Shown one piece after another: positions 47,744 to 57,178 of a DNA stretch of 64,000 nt. The stretch covers positions 18,227-82,226 of the forward strand of contig CANDRW010000002.1 in NCBI GenBank assembly GCA_947388675.1, given 5' to 3'. This DNA is from an uncultured Clostridium sp. (GTDB lineage: Bacteria > Bacillota > Clostridia > TANB77 > CAG-508). Both the position numbers and the translations under genes were made by a program. The notes under the pieces were generated by a model, which saw nothing but the letters and a program-made list of their open reading frames with translations, did not search any database and had not been told where the DNA came from. Each line of letters opens with the position of its first letter. Position 1 is the stretch's first letter.

Positions 47744-47891
47744 TAAGTTAATGTATTTATAATCTAAATAAAGGTCGCGCAAGGCGAGTTTACGAGCGCC
47801 TTGAGCTTTCAACTTTTTTTGTCAAAAGCAAGCTTTTGACATGAGAGAAAGCGAACGCAAGACCAAATGTTATTATAAATATATTAACTTA
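47744..47891. repeat. 148-bp element: 20-bp terminal inverted repeats flanking a GC-rich multi-hairpin core (MITE-like or structured RNA)
   Basis: TAAGTTAATGTATTTATAAT (47744-47763) matches the reverse complement of ATTATAAATATATTAACTTA (47872-47891) at 19 of 20 positions. The core contains the hairpins CAAGGCG/CGCCTTG and GTCAAAAG/CTTTTGAC, closed by GGTCGCG/CGCAAGACC. Confidence 0.6.
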
Positions 47892-48194
47892 TATATCTTC
47901 TTCATTATCTTCAGTGGCTTCAAAATCAATGCTGTCTATTTTGCCACTAATTTGTAAATCATCTGTTGTCATCTCTTTTAAATTTAGGTTAAATCCATTA
48001 ATATTCAAAATTCCTATTTCTGTACTAAGACGAATATAGAAATCTTGATACTCTAGAATGGCTTTGTAGTTTTCTATTATAATTTTCTCAAAACCAAGCA
48101 CTGTTATTTTTGGAATATGAGAAGATACTTCTTGTGGTATTTCTAATATTCGATTAATTTTGTTTGGTATTCTTTTTGTTCTTTTTTCTCGCAT
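47889..48194 (-). CDS. yqfC: sporulation protein YqfC
   Basis: ~100 aa, with EIPQEVSSHIPKITVLGFEKIIIENYKAILEYQDFYIRL, typical of YqfC. It is followed by yqfD. Confidence 0.8.
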   Translation of the reverse strand: MREKRTKRIPNKINRILEIPQEVSSHIPKITVLGFEKIIIENYKAILEYQDFYIRLSTEIGILNINGFNLNLKEMTTDDLQISGKIDSIDFEATEDNEEDI

Positions 48195-48220
48195 GGCTCT
48201 CTTCCTTTCTAATATTCCTC

Positions 48221-49048
48221 TTATCTTTGGAATTGGTCTAAACTTCTAAATTCGTATCCCATTTTCTTAATTTCCTTAATACATTCATCTAAAATATTGC
48301 TGTTATCCTTTGAAGTTCCATGTAATAAAAGGACTGCTCCATTATGTACATTATCTATAATTTTCTTTTTTCCATAATCTTCTCTTCCTTGTTTGTTTGC
48401 ATCCCAGTCATCATAAGCAAAAGACCACATAACCGTTTTATATCCTAGTGAATTTGTACAAGCTATAGTTCTTTCACTATATTCTCCTTTGGGCGGTCTT
48501 GTATATTTCATTTCATAACCAAATTTCTCATAAATAGATTTGTGCAAATCCATCATTTCTGTTTTAATTTGTTCATCACTAATATCTGGCATACTTTTAT
48601 GATTAACTGTATGGTTTCCAACTGTATGACCTTCCTCTATCATTTTTTTCACTAATTCTGGTTGTGAGTTCACATAGTGACCTGTAATGAAAAAAGCTGC
48701 TGGAACTTGATTTTCTTTTAATACTGCTAGTATTTTCTCAGTGTATCCAGCTTCATAGCCATTATCAAAAGTCAAATACACATATGGCATTTCTGGATTT
48801 CCCATACAAATTCCATCATATTGTTCAATAATTCTTTTATTAAGACTTCCTACATCAGGTTGTTTGTGGTTGTCTTCTCTTTTAATACCCCACCCTATTT
48901 TTTTGTTACTTAAAGTAGATGTACCACTTGTAGCAACAGTTTCTTTTTGCTGATTTGTTTGTGCAACGATAAAGGTAAAAAGAAGTAGACCTACTGTAAC
49001 AGCTAATGCTGTAACTATTTTTATATTGTCTTGGATTATTTTTTTCAT
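48221..49048 (-). CDS. polysaccharide deacetylase family protein (PdaA-like delta-lactam de-N-acetylase)
   Basis: Contains NodB motifs TFDNGY and GHTVGNHTVNH, plus an N-terminal TM/signal segment. Confidence 0.8.
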   Translation of the reverse strand: MKKIIQDNIKIVTALAVTVGLLLFTFIVAQTNQQKETVATSGTSTLSNKKIGWGIKREDNHKQPDVGSLNKRIIEQYDGICMGNPEMPYVYLTFDNGYEAGYTEKILAVLKENQVPAAFFITGHYVNSQPELVKKMIEEGHTVGNHTVNHKSMPDISDEQIKTEMMDLHKSIYEKFGYEMKYTRPPKGEYSERTIACTNSLGYKTVMWSFAYDDWDANKQGREDYGKKKIIDNVHNGAVLLLHGTSKDNSNILDECIKEIKKMGYEFRSLDQFQR

Positions 49049-49435
49049 AAACTCATCCTCTCTATTTGTTTTTGTTCTATTTTATGAGGATAAATTAGGA
49101 GTTATTACAGAAAAGAAAAAGATAATTCGTAGAACATATATAAATTTTTGCTAGTCTTTTTAGTTTGTTTTATTTATTAACTTTTGACTTAATATTCAAG
49201 TTTATACAGTTGTATTTTATTACCATTTTTTTACTTCCAAATTAGTTTATATTTTACCTAATTTCTTTATATATTCGACATAAAAATATTTTTTTCAAAA
49301 CATCTTGACATTGTTTTTCATTTAGATTATAGTTATAATGCAATTGGAAAATTTTAGGCGATATAGTTTCTTTTTGTCGAACTCTCTTATAAAAAATTAT
49401 ATTCAATTGCATAATTGATACGGAGGATAAAATTA

Positions 49436-50179
49436 ATGTTAGATTTTGTAATATGTGATGATAATGCAAATGCTCTAAATAGATTAGAAAAGCTTTTAGA
49501 ATCAGCCTTTATGACAAGAAATTTGGAGGCTCAAATTGCGTTAAGCACTACAGAACCTGGCGATTTAATTAACTTTCTCAAACACAATTCTGTAAATGTT
49601 GTTATTTTAGATATTGATTTAAAAGCCAAAGTTACAGGATTGGACTTAGCCAATTTAATTAGAAAACAAGATAAGAATGTTTATATCATATTTACTACTG
49701 GTCATTTAGAGTATGGTTTAATTGCTTACAAATATAAAACTTTTGATTATTTACCCAAACCTGTTACGATAGAAAGATTATTAGATACTCTAGACCGTTT
49801 AGTTGATGATATGTTTGGAGATGATACAAAATTTGTAAGATTGGATAACAATAAGACCATTATTAAGCAAGACGGAATTCAATATATTCAGAAGGATGGT
49901 ATGAAGGTTATATTTCATACTGACACAAGAGATTACGAAACTTATAGCTCTTTTAAGAAAATCCTTCCTCAATTGCCTCATCAGTTTATTCAATGTCATA
50001 AGTCCTATATTGTTAACACTAAGAAAATAACAGATATCGATGTAATTAATAACGCTATATTTTTGAATAATAATGAAGATTTGAAATGTTATATTGGTCC
50101 TAAGTATAAAAATCAATTAATGGAGGTATTAAATTATGGAAATCTTTCAAACTATTTTGACAACACTAACAACGCCTAA
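49436..50179 (+). CDS. agrA: LytTR-family response regulator (AgrA-like)
   Basis: Has a receiver domain (VVILDIDL) and a LytTR C-terminal domain (FIQCHKSYIVN). The start was set at the ATG at 49436, after GGAGGA. Confidence 0.85.
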   Translation: MLDFVICDDNANALNRLEKLLESAFMTRNLEAQIALSTTEPGDLINFLKHNSVNVVILDIDLKAKVTGLDLANLIRKQDKNVYIIFTTGHLEYGLIAYKYKTFDYLPKPVTIERLLDTLDRLVDDMFGDDTKFVRLDNNKTIIKQDGIQYIQKDGMKVIFHTDTRDYETYSSFKKILPQLPHQFIQCHKSYIVNTKKITDIDVINNAIFLNNNEDLKCYIGPKYKNQLMEVLNYGNLSNYFDNTNNA

Positions 50180-51491
50180 TGAAATTTTAACCACTATTCT
50201 TTCTTTTCCTATTTATTTTGTAGAAGCTATTGTAAATATGCTATTATTTACTACAATTTTAGATATTAAAACTACTAGAAAAAGGAAAATTATTTATATA
50301 TTTGTATTAGTGCTCTTTGCTTATGTCTCAAGGAACTTTCTTCCTGATCCATATAATGTTTTACTCAATTTAGCATCTATCCTTCTCCTTAGCAAATTTA
50401 TTTTGAATATTTCTTGGTTAAAAACATTATTAGTTGCATTTATTTCGCTTAGCATTTCTAGTGTATTTGAGCTATTTATGTTAAGGTTTTATCTCATTGT
50501 ATTTAAAGTCTCATATGAATCAGTAATGACTGCTCCTTTTTATAGAATTGTCTTTACACTAAGTATTTATGGTTGTGTGTATTTACTATATAGGCTTATT
50601 CGTTATTGTAAATTTCATATTAATTTAGAAAATATGACTAGAAAAAATAGAGCTTTATTTATTGGAAATACTATTCTTGGACTAATTTCAATCTGTACTC
50701 AATTTTATTTAATTATATTTTACAGTGATACTATGCCAACAGGCGTTGTTATTACTAGTATTTTGAGCTTATTAGCCTACTTTTTCATTAGTTTTTATAG
50801 CTTGATTAATACTGACAAATTAAATACTACTTCTCAAAATTTAGAAGAAGCTCAACTGTATAACAAGACTTTAATTTTGTTACATGATAATATGAGAGGT
50901 TTCAAACATGATTTTCACAATATTGTTCAAGGTCTTGGTGGCTATATCGACAAAAAAGATTTAGCTGGACTTGAAAAATATTATCGCCAATTATTGCAAG
51001 ATTGTAACCGTGTCAATAACTTAACTGCATTAAGTCCTACTGTAATTAATAACCCTGCTATTTATAATGTTATGGCGTCTAAATATCATCGTGCTGATGA
51101 AAATGGTATTCAAATTAATTTAGGCATTTTTATGGATTTGAATGATTTAGAACATCACTTGAAAATTTATGAATTTACAAGAATCCTAGGAATCTTGATG
51201 GATAATGCTATTGAAGCTTCTATAGAATGTAAAGATAAAATTATCCATGTTACTTTTCGTAAAGAAGACTCTAGACATCGCTACTTAATGGTAATTGAAA
51301 ATACCTACTTAAATAAAGACATTGATGTAGAAAAAATTTTTGACAAAGGAGAAACTACTAAATCTAAGAAAACGAATAGTGGACTTGGTTTATGGGAAGT
51401 AAGACAAATTTTGAAAAGAAATAATAACTTAAATTTATTTACCACAAAAGATGCTGAATACTTTAGACAACAATTAGAAGTTTATTATTAA
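50136..51491 (+). CDS. agrC: AgrC-like (HPK10) sensor histidine kinase
   Basis: Has a multi-pass TM N-terminal half, FKHDFHN (H-box) and an ATPase domain with NSGLGL. The RBS GGAGGT lies 8 nt upstream. Confidence 0.85.
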   Translation: MEIFQTILTTLTTPNEILTTILSFPIYFVEAIVNMLLFTTILDIKTTRKRKIIYIFVLVLFAYVSRNFLPDPYNVLLNLASILLLSKFILNISWLKTLLVAFISLSISSVFELFMLRFYLIVFKVSYESVMTAPFYRIVFTLSIYGCVYLLYRLIRYCKFHINLENMTRKNRALFIGNTILGLISICTQFYLIIFYSDTMPTGVVITSILSLLAYFFISFYSLINTDKLNTTSQNLEEAQLYNKTLILLHDNMRGFKHDFHNIVQGLGGYIDKKDLAGLEKYYRQLLQDCNRVNNLTALSPTVINNPAIYNVMASKYHRADENGIQINLGIFMDLNDLEHHLKIYEFTRILGILMDNAIEASIECKDKIIHVTFRKEDSRHRYLMVIENTYLNKDIDVEKIFDKGETTKSKKTNSGLGLWEVRQILKRNNNLNLFTTKDAEYFRQQLEVYY

Positions 51492-51504
51492 TATGAAGTT
51501 AAAT

Positions 51505-51532
51505 AAAAGTAGAGTGTTCAACCTCTACTTTT
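51505..51532. terminator. terminator between the convergent agrC and agrD genes
   Basis: AAAAGTAGAG-tgttcaac-CTCTACTTTT. Confidence 0.7.
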
Positions 51533-51632
51533 ATTTGTCAATTTTTATGTTTTAAGGAAATATTATATTTTTAATTTATCTTTTATTTTTTTGTGTGCGA
51601 ATTATTTGAACTATTCTTAAAATTATTATTAA

Positions 51633-51752
51633 TTAATCTTTTTTAATTAGTGATGCTGGCATCTTTGGTTGATGTACAACACCAAATATAAAACATGCTG
51701 TATTACTTGCTTTTGCATATCTTTCAGCTACTTTAGCTAATAATTTTAACAT
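51633..51752 (-). CDS. agrD: AgrD-like autoinducing peptide precursor (39 aa)
   Basis: Own translation: MLKLLAKVAERYAKASNTACFIFGVVHQPKMPASLIKKD. It has an amphipathic leader, a single Cys and a charged HQPKMP tail. The RBS GGAGGA lies 6 nt upstream. It lies immediately downstream of agrB and is not in the ORF track. Confidence 0.75.
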   Translation of the reverse strand: MLKLLAKVAERYAKASNTACFIFGVVHQPKMPASLIKKD

Positions 51753-51821
51753 TTGTATTCCTCCTTACTTTTCATAAGTTTATATAATAATGCATTGCCG
51801 GCTAATGCAATATTACCAAAT

Positions 51822-52442
51822 TTAAGCTGTTTTTTCTGTATAGACTTCATAACTGTACTTATTTTTTGTTAATTTATATGCTATTGGTGTTAAAGTTAAG
51901 TTTTGTAAGAATATTCCATACAACAACATATAACTGATTATTTTATCTGGTATCAAAAGAATAATAGCTAATAAAATTAGTAATGAAATATATGATTTTA
52001 TTCTTTTTGTTTTTCTTTCTTTTTTACTTAAGATTGGTATATTTTCTGTATCTGCTGGAGCATATTTAAAAATAAAAATAATACTAAGAACTCCAACTAT
52101 TCCTGCTATTATGTGCATAAGATACTCTTGTGGTATTGTAATATATTTTGCTACTAAGATTGGTACTATGTACAATACTATGCTAGTAATCATACAACCC
52201 CAGTGTGTTTTTAAATGAAATCCTCCTGTGAAAGTACGATATGGAGCTATTAGAAAATACATAAGAAGTGAGTACCAACCAATTTGTAATAAAAAACCTA
52301 ATATAAATAGCGCCAAAATTTTTGGTACTTCACCAAACAAAATTCTTACACCAAAATTAATTACCAATTCCTTTTCTTCATCTATTTCTGGCATTTTCCC
52401 TTTTATCTTCTCAGTAAGCCAGTTACAAAATTTATCTATCAT
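51822..52442 (-). CDS. agrB: AgrB-family AIP-processing membrane protease
   Basis: Contains the AgrB signature APYRTFTGGFHLKTHWGC and multiple TM segments. Confidence 0.85.
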   Translation of the reverse strand: MIDKFCNWLTEKIKGKMPEIDEEKELVINFGVRILFGEVPKILALFILGFLLQIGWYSLLMYFLIAPYRTFTGGFHLKTHWGCMITSIVLYIVPILVAKYITIPQEYLMHIIAGIVGVLSIIFIFKYAPADTENIPILSKKERKTKRIKSYISLLILLAIILLIPDKIISYMLLYGIFLQNLTLTPIAYKLTKNKYSYEVYTEKTA

Positions 52443-52634
52443 TTTCTTCTACCTCTCTCTTGATGTCTTACTTATTTTAAACTAGATTTTCTTCTTTTTT
52501 CGACATCATAATAGAAATGTAGAAAATATGATATAAAAAGTGTAACTTCTTCTTTTCTATCTTTTTTAGGAATTTTCATAAAATTCGGTATATATTTACT
52601 TTTATATTTTAATCAAATAAAAAACATAGTATTT

Positions 52635-53318
52635 TTATACTATGCCTTCTAATATTTTCCAACTTCCTATTTTTTCTGGTAACGAGTCAAAAGTCATTTC
52701 TTGATTACTAATTGGATGATTAATTTTTAGTTCATATGCCCAAAGAGTTAATTGTTTCCCATGTCCTCTTCCACCATATTTTTGGTCCCCATAAATACTA
52801 TGATTTCTTGAAGATAGTTGTACTCTAATTTGATGATGTCTCCCTGTATGAAGATGTATTTTCAAAACAGACAATTCTAATTCTTCATCATATTTTAATA
52901 CTTCATAATCCAGAACTGCTAACTTGCTGTTTTTCGTTTCTTCCTTTACTACCTTACTTTTATTATTTCTTTCATCTTTCAAAAGATAATCTTCTAAGGT
53001 TCCTTGCGCTTGTTCCATCTTTCCATTTACAATCGTTAAATAAGTCTTTTGAAATTGCTTTTCTCTTACTTGATTACTTAACCTTCCTGCTGCTTTAGAT
53101 GTTTTCGCAAACACCATCACTCCACCTACTGGTCTATCTAATCTATGTACTAAGCCTACATACACATTTCCTGGCTTTTGATATTTTTCTTTAATATATT
53201 GTTTTACCATGGTAAGTAAATCGATATCTCCTGTTTTATCTCCTTGCGAAGGAATATTTACTGGCTTTTCTACTACTATTATATGGTTATCTTCAAAAAT
53301 TACTTTTAGTTGTTGCAT
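52635..53318 (-). CDS. RluA-family pseudouridine synthase
   Basis: Contains the HRLDRPVGG catalytic motif. Confidence 0.9.
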   Translation of the reverse strand: MQQLKVIFEDNHIIVVEKPVNIPSQGDKTGDIDLLTMVKQYIKEKYQKPGNVYVGLVHRLDRPVGGVMVFAKTSKAAGRLSNQVREKQFQKTYLTIVNGKMEQAQGTLEDYLLKDERNNKSKVVKEETKNSKLAVLDYEVLKYDEELELSVLKIHLHTGRHHQIRVQLSSRNHSIYGDQKYGGRGHGKQLTLWAYELKINHPISNQEMTFDSLPEKIGSWKILEGIV

Positions 53319-53333
53319 TTTTTAGCTCCCTTT

Positions 53334-53435
53334 GTGTCAATTCGGGGACGTTAGTTTAACTGACATCTATCCCTTAACTGACATATTTCTATTTTTTCAA
53401 AAATGTCAGTTAAACTAACGTCCCAAAACTGACAC
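53334..53435. repeat. palindromic repeat cluster including a perfect 21-bp inverted repeat
   Basis: GGGACGTTAGTTTAACTGACA (53345-53365) and TGTCAGTTAAACTAACGTCCC (53404-53424) are exact reverse complements, 38 nt apart. A half unit CCCTTAACTGACA lies between them. The cluster ends at the stop codon of the upstream gene. Confidence 0.8.
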
Positions 53436-54298
53436 TAGCATTCCCATCTTCCATAAATTCCACAAGGAAGTATGAGACTTGAATTTGTCATAGGTAACCC
53501 TATTTCTCCATGAGATATCTTTCCTTCATGCTTTTTAGCAATTGTTAAATTTAATAAGTTTTCTAATACCATACTTGAAATTCCTGTGGTATAGGAATTG
53601 ATTAAAAAGAAAAGCGGTTTATTGGAAAGTACTTTGCTACACACTTCTATTAATTCTGGTAAATTTTCTTCAAATTTCCATACTTCCCCATTAGCTCCTC
53701 TTCCATAAGATGGTGGGTCCATAATAATGGCATCATAAGTATGTCCTCTACGAATTTCACGATTTACAAACTTTACTACATCATCTACAATATATCTCAC
53801 TGGTCTATCCTCTAGCCCTGATGCAACCATATTTTCTTTTGCCCAAGCTACCATACCTTTTGAACTATCAACATGACAAACAGAGGCACCTGCGTAACTA
53901 CATGCTACACTAGCTCCTCCTGTATAAGCAAATAAGTTTAATACTTGAATTGGTCTTCCTGCCTTTTGAATTTTTTGTATCATCCAGTCCCAATTAACAG
54001 CTTGTTCTGGAAATAAGCCAGTATGTTTAAACCCCATTGGCTTGATTAAAAAAGTTAAGTCTTTGTAATGTACTTTCCAACTTGCTGGAACCTTCTTTTG
54101 ATAGCTCCATGCTCCTCCGCCAGTATTGCTTCTTTGATATCTTGCATGAGCATTTTTCCATTTTTCTGGGAAAGAAGGGCTAGTCCAAATAATTTGTGGA
54201 TCTGGCCTAGCCAAAATAATATCTCCCCATCTTTCTAATTTTTCACCATTTGCCATATCTAATATTTCGTAATCTTTCCAATTCTTTGCTACTTCCAT
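53435..54298 (-). CDS. class I SAM-dependent methyltransferase (RlmI-like catalytic domain, no PUA domain)
   Basis: Contains the SAM motif LNLFAYTGGASV and the DPPSYG motif. Confidence 0.8.
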   Translation of the reverse strand: MEVAKNWKDYEILDMANGEKLERWGDIILARPDPQIIWTSPSFPEKWKNAHARYQRSNTGGGAWSYQKKVPASWKVHYKDLTFLIKPMGFKHTGLFPEQAVNWDWMIQKIQKAGRPIQVLNLFAYTGGASVACSYAGASVCHVDSSKGMVAWAKENMVASGLEDRPVRYIVDDVVKFVNREIRRGHTYDAIIMDPPSYGRGANGEVWKFEENLPELIEVCSKVLSNKPLFFLINSYTTGISSMVLENLLNLTIAKKHEGKISHGEIGLPMTNSSLILPCGIYGRWEC

Positions 54299-54325
54299 TA
54301 TTGTATCCCTTCCATTATTATATAA

Positions 54326-54535
54326 CTATACTAAACTCAAAATATGTATAAAATTAGTAATTAGTACCACATCAATACTAACAAAAATGATTGCGGAAAT
54401 CACTGCTGTTGTTGCAATTTTATGTGTTTTTATCATCTTTAGCATTTTACCTTTCCAGCTTGTCCATTTTGGTCTAACTACTTTATGTACCTCTTTATAA
54501 TGTTTTCCTAAAATCATATCTTTTGTATACTCCAT
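54326..54535 (-). CDS. small membrane protein, hypothetical
   Basis: 69 aa with one C-terminal TM segment (IATTAVISAIIFVSIDVVLITNFI). Confidence 0.45.
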   Translation of the reverse strand: MEYTKDMILGKHYKEVHKVVRPKWTSWKGKMLKMIKTHKIATTAVISAIIFVSIDVVLITNFIHILSLV

Positions 54536-54630
54536 AAAATCCTCCCTTTCTATTTCTCTATTATAAATATATGCTTGTACTTTAGATTTTATGAATAAAA
54601 TTTACAATTTTTCTTAAAAATTTTTAAAAA

Positions 54631-54655
54631 GGCAATGCCGAAGAACGGCATTACC
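54631..54655 (-). terminator. rho-independent terminator after purN
   Basis: AATGCCG-aagaa-CGGCATT. The minus strand is followed by CCTTTTTAAAAATTTTT. Confidence 0.7.
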
Positions 54656-54692
54656 TTCTGGGCAGTAAATATTCACCCATTATGAAGAACTT

Positions 54693-55295
54693 TCATTTAT
54701 TTAAGGGAATATCAATCTTCCCTTCCGAAAAAGCCTTGAGTATAGACACAAGTTGTGTCTTTTCAGCTGCTTGGACTCGTGTAGAAACATCGTCGGCAGT
54801 ATCCTCAGGATACACAGGCACATGAGTCTGCCATATCACCGGCCCTCTGTCATATTCGCTGTTCACAAAGTGCAAGGTAACGCCAGACTCTGTCTCGTGG
54901 TTATCCACAACAGCCTGGTGTACATGCATACCATACATACCTTTTCCACCATACTTAGGCAGAAGCGAAGGGTGCGTATTGATTACCGTGAAATTGTCCA
55001 GCACCTTAGGCCCAATGGGCTTCAAGTAGCCAGCCAACAAAACAAGATCAACGTCAGCCCTTTTTAGAACCTCGGTCAGCTCCTCGTCGCGCTCCTCCAC
55101 TGTGTCCGCTTGCAACACATCGCTCTTCATGCCCGCTATTTCTGCCCTTCGCAACACATATGCATCCCATTTGTCGGACACTACAATAGCCACTTTGATG
55201 TCTAATGTTCTGACTACAATCGCATCGATGATAGCTTGCAATGTTGTCCCGCTTCCAGAGGCCAATACTGCTAATCTCCGGACTTCTTTTTTCAC
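54693..55295 (-). CDS. purN: phosphoribosylglycinamide formyltransferase (PurN-like) on a GC-rich island
   Basis: Contains LAVLASGSGTTLQAIIDA, INTHPSLLPKYGG and HFV..EYDRGPVI. The start was set at GTG 55295, preceded by AGGAGG. It contains a 0-frame CGG at 55280-55278. Confidence 0.85.
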   Translation of the reverse strand: MKKEVRRLAVLASGSGTTLQAIIDAIVVRTLDIKVAIVVSDKWDAYVLRRAEIAGMKSDVLQADTVEERDEELTEVLKRADVDLVLLAGYLKPIGPKVLDNFTVINTHPSLLPKYGGKGMYGMHVHQAVVDNHETESGVTLHFVNSEYDRGPVIWQTHVPVYPEDTADDVSTRVQAAEKTQLVSILKAFSEGKIDIPLNK

Positions 55296-55375
55296 TTTCA
55301 AGTTCCTCCTATAAATTTTTTGTATAAATCGATGTCGATTTATGTATAGCATTATATCAAACATTTCTACTTTTA

Positions 55376-57178
55376 TCAACAATTTTCTACATTTAACTCT
55401 TCTTTCACTTTTTGTGCTAGTTCCATCGTAATTCCTGAAATCTCTGCTATTTCTTCAATACTTGCTTCCTTTATTTTGGCTACACTACCAAATTTTTTAA
55501 GTAGTACATTTTTCTTAGCTTCCCCTATTCCTACTATTTTATCCAATTCAGATCTTGTGATTTCTTTATCTCTTAAAGACCTATGATAGCTAATAGCTTT
55601 ATCATGAATGCAGTCTTGAAAATAGGTAATAAGTTTCATGAGTTCTTCTGATAATGGTATTTCTTCTCTATTTTCATCAATCAATGCTCTTGTAGAGTGC
55701 TTATCATCTTTTACCATTCCATAGATTGGAAGTTTTAGGTTTAATTCTGCTATTGCCTCTTTTGCCGCATGAATTTGTGTAATTCCACCATCTACGAAAA
55801 TGACATCTGGTAAAGTTCCAAAGGCTTGGTCTGTTTTTCCAATGGAGTGTTTTAATCTTCTTAAAATTACTTCATGCATACATCTAGGGTCATCTTGTCC
55901 TAGTACTGTCTTAATCTTGAAATTGCGGGATAAATATTTCTTTACCTCTCCATCTTGCATCACACACATAGAAGCTACAATAAATTGACCTGATAAATTT
56001 GAAATATCATACCCTTCAATTTTTCTTGGTACTTTTTTCAAATGCAATATTTCCTGCAATTCTTTTACTGCTTGATATTTTTCCTTTTCTTTATTTGTTA
56101 AAGTAATTTGTGCATTGTTTTCAGCCATTTCTACTAGCCTTAGTTTTTCACCCTTTTGTGGTGTTTTTATTTCTACTTTTCTTCCTGCCATTTGGCAAAG
56201 CCATTCTTGCAATAATTCTTTATCGTCAATTTCCTCTTTCATCATAATCTTATTAGGAAATATGAGTTCATTCATATAGTGTTGTTTTAAAAAGTTAGAT
56301 AGAATTTCTTTATCTGTTTCATCTTGTAAATCATCTAGAAAATAGTGATGTCTTTCTACCATTTTACTATTTCTAATTAAGAACAATTCTAAGCAAATAT
56401 GAAATGGACTTCTTGCTAATCCAATGACATCTATATTGTTTTCTGACAAATTAGATACTTTTTGTTTTTCTTCTGTAATACGTTGTATTGCAAACTTTTT
56501 ATCTCTTAGCTGTGCTGCTTTTTCAAACTCCAATTTTTCTGCCGCTTTTTGTATTTCTTCTTCTAGCTGCTTCACTACTTTAGCTGTTTTTCCTTCTAAT
56601 AGTCCAATAATCTGGTTAATTTCTTCCCTATATTGTTCTCTTGAAATTTTCCCACTACAAGGAGCTGAGCATTTCTTGATTTGATAATTTAAACATGGTC
56701 TAGTTCTACTTTTAAATACTTTACATTGTCTAATCAGATATCTAGTACGAATAAAATCTAACATTTCATTAGCTGCTCCACTACTAGCATATGGTCCAAA
56801 ATATCTTGCACCATCATTTAATACTTTTCTAGTAGTAAAAACTCTTGGAAAATCTTCTTTTACAGTTACTTTAATATATGGATATGTTTTGTCATCTTTG
56901 AGAAGTACATTGAATTTAGGCATATTCTTTTTAATAAGATTACATTCTAAAATCAAAGCTTCAGATTCATTATCTGTTACAATATATTCAAAATGGTCTA
57001 CTAAGGCTACCATATTTTCAATTCTTTTGGTTTTGTTGTTTTTTCTAAAATATTGTCTTACTCTATTTTTGAGAGAAATTGCCTTACCCACATAAATAAT
57101 GTGATTATCTTTATCTCTCATAATGTATACTCCTGGCTTATCTGGCAACTTCTTTAGTTCTTCTTCAATACAAAACAT
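55376..57178 (-). CDS. uvrC: excinuclease ABC subunit C
   Basis: Has GIY-YIG (GVYIMRDKDNHIIYVGKA), the UvrBC domain, an RNase H-like endonuclease domain and a (HhH)2 C-terminus. Confidence 0.95.
   Translation of the reverse strand: MFCIEEELKKLPDKPGVYIMRDKDNHIIYVGKAISLKNRVRQYFRKNNKTKRIENMVALVDHFEYIVTDNESEALILECNLIKKNMPKFNVLLKDDKTYPYIKVTVKEDFPRVFTTRKVLNDGARYFGPYASSGAANEMLDFIRTRYLIRQCKVFKSRTRPCLNYQIKKCSAPCSGKISREQYREEINQIIGLLEGKTAKVVKQLEEEIQKAAEKLEFEKAAQLRDKKFAIQRITEEKQKVSNLSENNIDVIGLARSPFHICLELFLIRNSKMVERHHYFLDDLQDETDKEILSNFLKQHYMNELIFPNKIMMKEEIDDKELLQEWLCQMAGRKVEIKTPQKGEKLRLVEMAENNAQITLTNKEKEKYQAVKELQEILHLKKVPRKIEGYDISNLSGQFIVASMCVMQDGEVKKYLSRNFKIKTVLGQDDPRCMHEVILRRLKHSIGKTDQAFGTLPDVIFVDGGITQIHAAKEAIAELNLKLPIYGMVKDDKHSTRALIDENREEIPLSEELMKLITYFQDCIHDKAISYHRSLRDKEITRSELDKIVGIGEAKKNVLLKKFGSVAKIKEASIEEIAEISGITMELAQKVKEELNVENC

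Noticed and set aside
49254-49469. 71-aa minus-strand ORF upstream of the agrA-like gene, and the 7-codon N-terminal extension of agrA (49415-49435), which would contain a CGG.
   Set aside because: There is no RBS and the region is the promoter/leader. The CGG in ATA CGG AGG is part of the GGAGGA Shine-Dalgarno sequence for the ATG at 49436. I therefore did not count it as an in-frame CGG.
55296-55382. N-terminal extension of purN in the track (MLIKVEMFDIMLYINRHRFIQKIYRRNLK), overlapping the uvrC stop.
   Set aside because: The GTG at 55295 has a perfect AGGAGG RBS, and PurN homologues start just before LAVLASGSG.
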